Assembly: GCA_028826165.1 (NCBI GenBank)
Contig: JAPDFW010000070.1
Coordinates: 930,001-994,000 of the forward strand
Direction: 5' to 3'
DNA from: Anaeramoeba ignava BMAN
Taxonomy: Eukaryota; Protista; Anaeramoebae
DNA length: 64,000 nucleotides
Part shown: positions 52,701 through 64,000 of the stretch, piece by piece
Numbering within the stretch: the first letter of the stretch is position 1
How the letters are laid out: each line of letters starts with the position of its first letter
Notes under the pieces: generated by a model
What the model was told of the DNA's origin: nothing
Databases searched by the model: none
The model's input: only the letters and a program-made list of their open reading frames with translations
Translations under genes and position numbers: made by a program

Positions 52701-54184
52701 TTTATCTCGGCCGCGTTTGGAGAGACACGGCACTTGATGTTCTTAATGTTATCAGTTACTCGCCAAATAGCGACACTTCTGATTTCCAATATAATATCAT
52801 CGATTCAATTACTTCCTCAATTGCGGATCAATTGGGCGATTTTGAGCTCTCAGTCAAATACATGAATGAGGAGGTTCCGCCATTTCTTCAGAAACATCTT
52901 TTCACAAAGAAAGAAATCGAGAAGAAAGAAAAAATCATTTTCGATACAAATTTAATTGCTCTTTCCAATTTTTGGCAGTCGTTGAAATTCAACGGAACAA
53001 CCATTAAGTCCCGCCATATAGCCTGCAGCGACAAGCCATATCCGTACGATGACTACAAAAATGTTCGACTTTTCTTGGCTTCTCCAACAAGCAAAATCTC
53101 GACAACAAAGAAGCTCAATTCAGTCAAGAAAGAGCTTGAGTTTCTATTAAAACATACTTACAGAAGCAATTATTTCCTCAGTTTTTGTCGATGCAATTAT
53201 AAGTCTTGTCCTCATTGCTCCCAATTTCCATTGCGTGCTCCCCGTTCTATTGATTTTCTCCGCAAGTTTTCTCCTGTTATTTTCTCCCCGATTCCTTCTA
53301 TGAAACGTTTTGGTCGATATTCAACTTTTGTCGAACAAACTTCTATTGTTGATCGAAGTTTTATTATTGATGAATTTCTTCCTTCAAAGATTTTTTCAGA
53401 ACGTGAGCCTTCTGTTTCTTTGACTCCTGACTCTGATAATTTAGAAGAAAATAAAGAAGAAAATAAAAAAGAAAATAAAAAAGAAAATTAAAAAGAAAAT
53501 ATAAAAGAAAATATAAAAGAAAATATAAAAGAAATTAAAAAAGAAAATTATGAAGAAAATATAAAAGAATTTATAAAAGAAATTAAAAAAGAAATTAAAA
53601 AAGAAAATTATGAAGAAAATATAAAAGAAATTAAAAAAGAAAATATAAAAGAAATTAAAAAAGAAAATATAAAAGAAATTAAAAAAGAAAATTATGAAGA
53701 TGAAGATGAAGATGAAAATTATGAAAATTATGAAGATGAAAATGAAAATTATGAAAATGAAGATGAAGATGAAAATTATGAAAATGAAAATGAAGAAAAT
53801 GAAAACGAAAATGAAGAAAATGAAAATATTCAACAAATTCCTAATTTTACCCATTTTTATTGCAAAGCAACTTTCCAAAAAGATCATAGAACATGTGGTT
53901 ATATGTCAACAAGTGAGGCTGATTTCAATCGGCATATTAATCTTTTTCATTCACACAGAGCAGCCAAAATACGGAAAAAACGAATGCCAAATCCAACAAC
54001 AACAACAATTAAACCAGAAAAAAAGAAAAAAAAGAAAAAAACTAAATTCCGTTGTACTTTTGTTATTAATCCTCAAACAAATGAACTTTGCAATAAAATT
54101 TTTCAAACTTCTTGGGAATTAAGAAAACATAAAATAGCTCAAAAACATGTTCTTGATCGTGGTCGTCCAAAGAAACATTTTTAA
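49784..54184 (+). CDS. Zator-like (TP36-related) transposase-derived protein with degenerate DDE, Cys/His cluster, two C2H2 fingers and RGRP; frames broken only inside NQ and EK repeats
   Basis: Motifs HVDTLYSIAQINNLLEFSSKYQEECGVFSCGS, ITAITRSPKFSPITAETIANDL..KPAITIIANSG, LDVLNVISYSP..YNIIDSI, CRCNYKSCPHC, FSPIPS..GRYSTF; fingers CKATFQKDHRTC..HINLFH and CTFVINPQTNELC..HKIAQKH. The family call is from recalled motifs, not a search. Confidence 0.6.
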
Positions 54185-54369
54185 ATTCTTAATTCAAAAA
54201 AAAAAATTTTTTGTTTTTATTTCTCTTTTATCATTTTTGAAAATTGATTCAATTAATTTTTCTATTTTTTAACTGAAATAATTTAATATTTTTTTTTTTT
54301 CAAAACAACAAAAGAAAAAAAATTAAATTTTTATTTCAATTTCTATTCCACTTTTTATTTTAATTTCAT

Positions 54370-55330
54370 TTATATTTATATTTATATTTATTTTTATATT
54401 TATATTTATATTTATATTTATATTTATATTTATATTTATATTTATATTTATATTTATATTTATATTTATATTTATATTTATATTTATATTTATATTTATT
54501 TTCCATTTTTATTTTATGTTTATGTTTATATTTTATATTTATGTTTATATTTTAATTTATATTTTATATTTTATATTTTTATTTTTATTTATATTTATAT
54601 TTATATTTTATTTTTTATTTAATTTATGATTTTATATTTATATTTTTATATTTATATATTTTTATATTTTATATTTATGTTTATATTTTTATTTTAAATT
54701 TATATTTTATGTTGTATTTTATATTTATATTTATGTTTATGTTTTTATTTTTATATTTATTATTTATATTTATATTTATATTTATATATTTTATATTTAT
54801 ATTTATATTTATGTTTATATTTATGATTTATATTTATATTTATATTTATTTTATAATTATATTTATATTTATATTTATTTTATTTTTATATTTTTTATTT
54901 TTATATTTATATTTATATTTTATGTTTATGTATTTTATATTTTATATTTATATTTTTATATTTTATATTTTATTTTTTATTTTATGTTTATATTTTTATA
55001 TTTATGTTTATATTTATGTTTTATATATTTTATATTTATATTTATATTTATATTTATATTTTATATTTATATTTATATTTATATTTATATTTATATTTAT
55101 ATTTATATTTATATTTATATTTATATTTAGTATTTATATTTATATTTATATTTATATTTATATTTATATTTATATTTATATTTATATTTATATTTATATT
55201 TATATATTTATATTTATATTTATATTTATATTTATATTTATATTTATATTTTAGATTTTAATTTATTTTTTATATTTATATTTATATTTATATTTATATT
55301 TATATTTATATTTATATTTAGATTTATATT
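54370..55330. repeat. (TTTATA)n microsatellite, degenerate centre
   Basis: Visible tandem repeat. Confidence 0.9.
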
Positions 55331-55386
55331 TTTATTTAAATTTTTATTTAAATTTTTTTTTTAAAATAAATTTATTTCAATTCATT

Positions 55387-56700
55387 TCAATTTTCATCCA
55401 AAAGTTTGATATCAATTGTACTTTTTCGATATGAAAATGGTTTTAAAGAAATTTCATTTTCATCATAATGAGATTTAGAATATTTATTTTTAATAAAACT
55501 TCTAACATTTTTATCACCAAAAACAAAGAAAACAGCATCCCATAAACCAATCATTGGAAAAAAAATTGCTTGCATAACATCAAGAAATAAATTATCTTTA
55601 GCATCTGGGTTAACCATTTGTCTTGCTCTTTTGATTGATGTCCAAAGTTCCGTTACTATATATATCCATCCTAATGCAAATATTTTATATTGAAATGTTT
55701 TTGAATATGTTTTATCTTTTCTTAATTTGAAAAATAACATCGAATATAATATCATAGATCCAATTAAAGTGACCCAAACAATAGAATAAACAAGTATTTC
55801 TATTGAAATTTTTGATGTCCAACACCTTTTTATTTATTTTGATTTTGATTTATATTTATATTTATATTTAGATTTAGATTTTGATTTATATTTAGATTTA
55901 GATTTAGATTTAGATTTTGATTTAGATTTAGATTTAGATTTAGATTTAGATTTAGATTTAGATTTAGATTTATATTTGTATTTATATTTATATTTATATT
56001 TATATTTATATTTATATTTATATTTAGATTTATATTTATATTTATATTTTGATTTATATTTTGATTTATATTTAGATTTAGATTTAGATTTAGATTTAGA
56101 TTTAGATTTAGATTTAGATTTAGATTTATATTTTGATTTATATTTTGATTTATATTTTGATTTAGATTTAGATTTAGATTTAGATTTATATTTATATTTA
56201 TATTTATATTTATATTTAGATTTTCTAAATGATTTATATTTTCATCTTCATTTTCTAAATGATTTTGAATTTAAATTTTACCAATGAGTATTCCCAGAAT
56301 CAATTTCACCAAAACGAACAAAAATAGAAGATTCAATGAGAGCAATAACAATAATAACAATATTTCCAACAACAAAAAAAGATTTTGATTGATCGACATG
56401 TTTTGCTTTACACAATTTCAAATAAAAAACCAAAGCAATCAAAAAAATAAAACAACAAGCACCAACAAAAACGAAACTCAAGAAAAAACCTTGAACGTTA
56501 CATAAATTAGTAACAGAAGGACCAGGAAGAATAGCAAAAAATCCAAGTAAAAAATCATAAATTGCTAAAATAAGTATAAATTTTCTTGCAGAATCTCTTA
56601 TTTCTTTTATAAATGTATAAACTATTATAAAAATTAATGAACCAGTCATTCCTATTGTTGAACCAATTATTGTTGGAATTGATTCTTTATTATGAATCAT
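55387..56700 (-). CDS. CAR/GCR1-like 7TM GPCR, copy 3; exons 56700-56282, 55825-55387
   Basis: Seven hydrophobic helices, LC.VQG at TM3, HW|CW in ECL2, GLWDAVFF in TM7. Confidence 0.85.
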
Positions 56701-56876
56701 TTTTAGAAAAAAATTTAAAGAAACCAAAAAAAATAAAAAAAGGAAAAATTTTAAATAAAAAAAAGGAAAAATGAATTTTTTAATTTTTAATTTAATTTTT
56801 TGGAATTACAAATTTCTTTTTAAAAAAAGCAAAAAAAAAAATAACAATAAAAATAATAAAAATAAAAATAATAATC

Positions 56877-58158
56877 TTAATTATGAATTGTAAATTCAAT
56901 CATTTTTGAATCTTCTAAATTAGATCCTTTAAGTTCTTCATAGTTTCTTTTTTTCAATCTCAAATAAATAAAACTTCTAACATTTTTATCAGCAAAAACA
57001 AAGAAAACAGCATCCCATAAACCAAGCATTGGAACAGTTAAAGACTGCATAACATCAAGAAATAAATTATCTTTAGCATCTGGATTAATTATTTGTCTTG
57101 CTCTTTTTATTGATGTGAAAAGTTCTGTCAATAGATATATCCATCCTAATACAAATATTTTATAATGAAATGATTTTGAATATTTTTTTTCTTTTCTTAT
57201 TTTCAAATATAATAATGTATATAATATAACAGTTCCTAATAAAACTATCCACACAATAGAATAATCAACAGCTTCTAATCTAGATGATCGAATCCAGCAC
57301 CTTTTTAATTATTAAATATTTATATTTATATTTATATTTATATTTATATTCCACTTTTTATTTTTAGATTTATATTTTTATTTTGATTTTATTTATATTT
57401 AGATTTAGATTTAGATTTAGATTTAGATTTAGATTTATATTTAGATTTATATTTATGTTTATATTTTGATTTATATTTATGTTTATATTTATATTTATAT
57501 TTATATTTATATTTATATTTATATTTATATTTATATTTATATTTATATTTATATTTATATTTATATTTATATTTATATTTATATTTATATTTATATTTTT
57601 ATTTTGATTTTATTTATATTTAGATTTAGATTTAGATTTAGATTTATATTTAGATTTATATTTATATTTATATTTTCATTTTCATTTTCTAAATATTTTG
57701 AATTTAAATTTTCTAAATGATTTTGAATTTAAATTTTACCAATGAGTATAACCAGTCCCAACTTCTCCAAAAGAAATAGACATAACTGCAGCAATCAAAG
57801 CAACAAATGAACCAATAATATTCCCAACAATAAAAAAAGTTTTTGATTCATCAACATTTTTTCCATGACAAATTTTCAAATAAAAAACCAAAGAAACCAA
57901 AAAAATAAAACAACAAGCACCAACAAAAACGAAACTCAAAAAAATAGCTTGAACTTTACATAATCCACTTGAAACATGACCTGGAAGAATAGCAAAAAAT
58001 CCAAGTAAAAAATCATAAATTGCTAAAATAAGTATAAATTTTCTTGCAGAATCTCTTATTTCTTTTATAAATGTATAAACTATTATAAAAATTAACGAAC
58101 CAGCCATTCCTATTGTTGAACCAATTATACAAGGAATTGATTCTTTATTATGAATCAT
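56877..58158 (-). CDS. CAR/GCR1-like 7TM GPCR, copy 2; exons 58158-57740, 57300-56877
   Basis: Same motifs and same intron position (TG|G in Trp). Confidence 0.85.
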
Positions 58159-58298
58159 TTTTAGAAAAAATAAAAGGAAATTAAAAAAATGAAACAAATT
58201 AAAATTAAAAAATTTTTTGCTTTTTTTATTTTTAAAAAGAAAAATAAAACACAAAATAATTTTGTTCCACTTTTTTTTTTCACAAATAAAAATTGAAA

Positions 58299-59462
58299 TT
58301 AATTATCATCATTTAAATCATCATTTGGATCATCATTAATAAGATGTTCTTGCATTAATATATTTTGATTTTTAATTAAATTAAGTGATTTTTTAGGTTT
58401 TCCACATTTAACTTTAATAAAAGTTCTAACATTTTTATCAGCAAAAACAAAGAAAACAGCATCCCAAATTCCAAGCATTGGAGCAGTTAAAGACTGCATA
58501 ACATCAAGAAATAAATTATTTTCAACATCTGGATTAGCTATTTGTCTTGCTCTTTTGATTGATGGAAAGAGTTCTGTGCAAACATATATCCATCCTAATG
58601 CAAATATTTTATATTGAAATGATTTCGAATATTTTTGTTCTTTTCTTATTTTGAAAAATAATATTGAATATAAAAGAACAGTTCCAAATAAGCAAACCCA
58701 AATAATACTATAAACTACAAGTTCAGCTCTATGTTTTTCAATCCAGCACCTTTTTTAAATAAATTTATAAATGAATTTTTAAATGAATTTTAATTTTAAT
58801 TTTGAAATGGATTTTAATTTTAATTTTATAAATGAATTTTGATTTTAATTTTAATTTTAATTTTAAAATGAATTTTAATTTTAATTTTGAAATGAATTTT
58901 AATTTTAAAATGAATTTTGATTTTAAAATGAATTTTGATTTTAATTTTGAAATGAATTTTGATTTTGATTTTGAAATCAATTTTGAAATCAATTTTGAAA
59001 TCAATTTTGAAATCAATTTTGAAATCAATTTGAAAAGATTTACCAATGAGTATTCCCTGATCCAACTTTTCCCAAAGTAACAAAAAGAGTAGAAGAAATT
59101 AAACAAAAAACAACAATAACAATTATAGCAATAATAAAGAATTTTCTAGATTCATCAACATTTTTCCCATAAAAAATCTTTAAAAAATAAACCAAAGCAA
59201 GCAAAAAAATAAAGCAAAAAGAACCAGCATAACTGAAACTCAAGAAAAAACTTTGAAACTGACATAAACCATTAACAGAAGGACCAGGAAGAATAGCAGA
59301 AAATCCTAATAAAAAATCACAAACTGATAAAGCAAATATAAATTTTCTTCCTGAATCTCGTATTTCTTTTATTAACCCATAAACTATCATAAACATCAAT
59401 CCCCCAATCATTCCAAGTGATGAACCTATTATTGTTGGAATTGATAAATTATTATGTATCAT
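58299..59462 (-). CDS. CAR/GCR1-like 7TM GPCR, copy 1; exons 59462-59044, 58749-58299
   Basis: Same motifs and intron. Exon 2 frame checked to the 58499 ORF. Confidence 0.85.
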
Positions 59463-59529
59463 TTTTATTTCTTTTTAATATAAAATCGTTTGTTTTTTCA
59501 ATTTAAAAAAAAAGGAAAAAAATGAAAAA

Positions 59530-59845
59530 ATAAGAATAGATTTAATTTAATATTTAATTTATAAATTAATTTAAAAATATAATTTACTATTTAATTTTAT
59601 TATTAAAATAATAATTTAATGTTTTAGATTTAAATATTTTATTATTTAAATATTTAACATATAAATATAAAAAATAAGAATAGATTTAATTTAATATTTA
59701 ATTTATAAATTAATTCAAAAATATAATTTAATATTTAATTTTATTATTAAAATATTAATTTATTGTTTTAGATTTAAATATTTTATTATTTAAATATTTA
59801 ACATATAAATATAAAAAATGAAAATAGATTTAATTTAATATTTAT
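59530..59845. repeat. 144-bp tandem unit (~2.2 copies), inverted copy of 44930-45195
   Basis: AATAGATTTAATTTAATATTTA at ~59535, 59679 and 59823. Confidence 0.85.
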
Positions 59846-60281
59846 TGGGAAATTTTTAAATTTTAATTTTTAAATTGATTTCTAAATTAAATCTTAAAAT
59901 AAACTTTTTCCTTTTTATATTTTTCATTTTTCATTTTTAAATTTTATTAAGTAAATATTATTTAAAAATATAAAAATAACAAATTAAACATAAAAATAAT
60001 ATTAAAAACATTCCAATAATCAAAATATTTATAATTTATTAATTAAAATATAATTTATTTAATCAAAAAAATTTATTTTTCCTCTTTTTTATTTAATAAA
60101 ATAAACAAAATTAATTATAAAAATAATAAATTAAACATAAAAATAATATTAAAAACATTTAAATAATCAAAATAATTAATAATTTATTAATTAAAATAAT
60201 TTTATTTTCTTTATTCAAATAAAAAAACTAATTTTCCTCTTTTCCTTTTTTGAAAATAACTCCAAAAAAAGAAAAACAATC

Positions 60282-63200
60282 ATGGGGGCAAATGAATCAA
60301 AATTGAACCTAAATCAAAATCAAAATCAAAATCAAAATCAAAATCCAAATCCAAATCAAATTCAAATTCAAATTCAAATCCCAGAACAGTTTATTCAAAT
60401 CCCAGAACAGTTTATCCAAATGCAAAAACAAATTCAACAACTACTTCAAATTCAAAATCAAAATTTAAATCAAAATCAAAATCAAAATCAAAATCAAAAT
60501 CAAATTCAAATTCAAAATCCATTTCAAAATTTAAATCAAAATCAAAATCAAAATCAAAATTTAAATCAAATTCAAAATCAAAATCAAAATCAAAATCAAA
60601 ATCAATATCAAAATCAAAATCAAAATCCATTTCAAAATCAAAATCAATATCAAAATCAAAATTTAAATCAAATTCAAAATCAAATTCAAAATCAAATTCA
60701 AAATCAAAACCAAAATCAAATTCAAAATCAAATTCAAAATTTAAATCAAAATCAAAATCAATATCAAAATCAAAATCAAATTCAAAATCAAAATCAAATT
60801 CAATCCAAAATTAAAAAATTCAATAAATTCTTAATAAAACAAGCAAATAAACAAATTGGTTTAATGTTTGAAAATGAAGAAACTTCAGATTTTCAAATTT
60901 ATTGTGGAAAAGATAAAATTTCAATTCCTTGTCATAAATCAATTTTAGAAGCTCGTTCAAAATATTTTATGATAAACAGAAGAGAAAGCAAATTTAATTC
61001 AATTTATTTTAATAATTTTAGTTCTGAAATTGTTAAACCAATTATTAAATTTTTTTATAATGGAAAATTTAAATTTGATAAACGAAAATTTGATGAATAT
61101 TTTAAATTTGCAAATGAAATTAAATTAAAAGAAATTCAATTCAAAATTGAACTTGAAATTCAATCAATTTTTAATATTCAAAATATTTTGGAAATTTATT
61201 TTAAATCTCAAGAAATTAATTCAAAAAATCTTTCTCAAAATTGTGAAAAATTTATTTTCCAAAATATTCAATTTATCATTTCAAATCCAAATTTTGATAA
61301 ATATTTAAATCAAAATCAAATTTACAATTTTATTGGATTAATTTCTTTAAATCAAAATCTTCCAAATCAACTTCAAATTATTCAACAAATTAAACAAAAA
61401 TGGAATCAAAATAAACAAAAAAAATTGATAAATTTTATTAATTTTGAAACAAATCAAAAAGAAAATGAAAATGAAAATGAAATAAATGAAAATGAAAATT
61501 ATTTTTCAACTTTATTAAATCAAATTTCACAAACAAAATCAATTAATCAATTTCAAATTCAACAAATTAAAAATAAATCAATTTCTCAACTTCAAAATAA
61601 GATGGATTTATTCAATTTAAATATTGAAGAATTTAAAGAAAAAGAATTTCAACCTTTACAAAAGAATAAGATTCTTCTTTATTTCCAAATAGCTGATAAA
61701 CAAAAAGAAAATCGAAAATTAGAAAAACTTAAAAAACAAATTCAAGAAATTCAAGAAAAATTTCAACGACTAATTCAAAATGATGAAAAAATTAAAAAAG
61801 AATATTTACAAGAATTTAATAAAAGAATTATTAATTTGAAAGATTTATTTAATCAAAATAGAAAAGATGATTTAGAAAATTTTCAAAAAGAAATTCAAGA
61901 AATTAAAAATCAATTCCAAACAGGAGAGATTCAGGATTTCCAAGAAATTAATAGCAAACTTCAAGAATTAATAACTGATTTCAAATCAACCACAGAACAA
62001 GAGTTAAAATCATTTGAGGAAATAACTCAACAATTTAAAAATGAATTCGAAAAAAAAAGAGAAGAAAAATTTGAAGAATTTAAACAATTTATTCAAAAAT
62101 CTAAAAATGAATTCGAATATCCATATTTTGAACAAATTGAAAAGAAAATTCAAGAAATGGAAATTAAAAATGAAAATTTAAATGAAATTGAAAAATTAAT
62201 TCAAGAATTTAAAATTGAAATTGAAAAAGCAAAAAATGAATTTTATTTACAAATTGATCAAAAAATGAAAAATATTCAAAATGAAATTGAAAATCAAAAA
62301 TTAAAAATAGAAATTCTTCAATCATCAAAAAAAACAAAAAAATTTTTACAAGAACTTTCAAATAAAATTCAACAACAAAATGAAAGTAAATTAAAAAAAA
62401 GGAAATTAAATTAATTTAAATTGAATATTTTTACCATTTTATTGAATTTATATTTGATTTCTGAAAAAAAAAGGAAAAACAAAAGAATTAATTGAAATTG
62501 ATATTTCTTTTATTATTGAATGTATGAAAAAGTTTAATAGTCATCAACACATTCAAAAAAATGGATGTTTTATTTTACAACAATTTGCAAAAGAAAATGA
62601 AGGTAAACGAATCAAATGAAAAAAAATGAATTGAAAATTGGATAAATTATTTATTATTAATTATTAATCAAAAATCAATCCAATTTATTTCAATTTTAAT
62701 TTTAATTTTAATTGTAATTTATTTTCCAAAAAAATAAAATAAATAGAAAACCAAATTGAAATTAAGAAATTAAAAGGAATTGAACCTATTATTAATGCAA
62801 TGATTAATTTCCCAATTAATGAAGAAATTCAACAATTTGGATGTAGAGCTTTAGGGAATATTGCTGATAATAATAATAAAAGTAAATGAAAATAAATGAA
62901 AAATAAAATAATAAAAATCAAAATAAATTGAAAAAATAGATTTCATTAATTATTTTTCATCAATCATTATTCAAAAATAACCAATTTATTTCAATTTTGA
63001 TTTTGAATTTATTTGTAATTTATTTCCCAAAATAAATAAAATAAAAAATAGAAAACCAAAATGAAATTAGGAAATTAAAAGGAATTGAATCTATTATTAA
63101 TGCAATGAATAAATTTCCAAATAATGAAGAAATTCAACATTTTGGATGTGGAGCTTTAGGGAATATTGCTGATAATAATAATAAAGGTAAATGAAAATAA

Positions 63201-64000
63201 ATGAAAAATAAAATAATAAAAATCAAAATAAATTGAAAAAATAGATTTCATTAATTATTTTTCATCAATCATTATTCAAAAATAACCAATTTATTTCAAT
63301 TTTAATTTTCATTTTAATTGTAATTTATTTTCCAAAAAAATAAAATAAATAGAAAACCAAATTGAAATTAAGAAATTAAAAGGAATTGAGCCTATTATTA
63401 AAGCAATGATTAATTTCCCAGATAATCAAGAAATTCAACAATTTGGATGTGGAGCTTTAGGGATCATTGCTAATAGTAAAGGTAAATAAAAATTAAAAAA
63501 TAAATTAATCAAAATATTATTTTAATCCATTATTTATTATTAATCATTAATCAAAAATTAATTAATAAATTTATTTTCCAAAAAAAAATAAAATAAATAG
63601 AAAACCAAAATGAATTTAGAAATTTAAAAGGAATTGAACCTATTATTAATGCAATGATTAATTTCCCAAATAATCAAGATATTCAATTTAATGGATGTAG
63701 AGTTTTAGGCTTTATTTCTATTCAAAATCAAGGTAAGTGAAAATAAATGAAAAGCAAAATAATAAAAATCAAAATAAATTGAAAAAATAGATTTCATTAA
63801 TTATTTTTCATCAATCATTATTCAAAAATAACCAATTTATTTCAATTTTGATTTTGAATTTATTTGTAATTTATTTCCCAAAAAAATAAATTAAATAGAA
63901 AACAAAATTGAAATTAGAAATTTAAAAGGAATTGAACCTATTATTAAAGCAATGAATAATTTTCCAAATAATCAAGATATTCAAAAATTTGGATGTGGAG
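60282..64000 (+). CDS. N-myristoylated NQ-rich BTB-coiled coil-armadillo repeat protein, 3'-truncated by window; exons 60282-62385, 62474-62602, 62747-62881, 63052-63186, 63353-63481, 63601-63732, 63899->64000
   Basis: MGANESK (MGxxxS), [25 protein letters not shown], long coiled coil, then repeats [39 protein letters not shown] (aardvark/LRRK2-type ARM). All junctions are phase 1 GT-AG. Confidence 0.85.

Noticed and set aside
44930-59845. A 15-kb Polinton or other TIR transposon bounded by the inverted 144-bp repeats
   Set aside because: No pPolB, integrase, capsid or packaging ATPase is seen, the repeats are tandem AT-rich units without clear termini or TSD, and the interior holds ordinary host genes.

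Overview
An extremely AT-rich (estimated by eye) eukaryotic protist window with GT-AG spliceosomal introns. The BTB/TLDc and RCC1-BTB expansions, NQ/EN microsatellites and TCA-type initiator suggest a metamonad such as Anaeramoeba (inference only). Hand-built spliced models give EFTUD2/Snu114, NUP160 (4 kb satellite intron), U2AF1 with a long RS/His tail, TPK1, an ASF1-like protein missed by the ORF track, a Rab with a 13-nt micro-exon, a core-only EXO1, a large CH-like/PH-like repeat protein, tRNA-Ala(UGC), two RCC1-BTB + BTB-TLDc gene pairs and three tandem CAR/GCR1-like GPCR genes. The most interesting signals are: (1) a myristoylated BTB-coiled-coil protein ending in an array of one-ARM-repeat-per-exon, phase 1-1 cassettes with mosaic introns and variation concentrated in helix 3, a candidate exon-shuffling recognition system; (2) a Zator-like DDE transposase with degenerate catalytic residues and C2H2 fingers, a candidate domesticated gene; (3) a natural S34I change in U2AF1 together with many poly-A/AAG 3' splice sites lacking a pyrimidine tract; (4) a ~150-bp satellite abutting tRNA-Ala and carrying tRNA 3' fragments. 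Many single-base frameshifts sit in homopolymers or microsatellites and are probably long-read errors.
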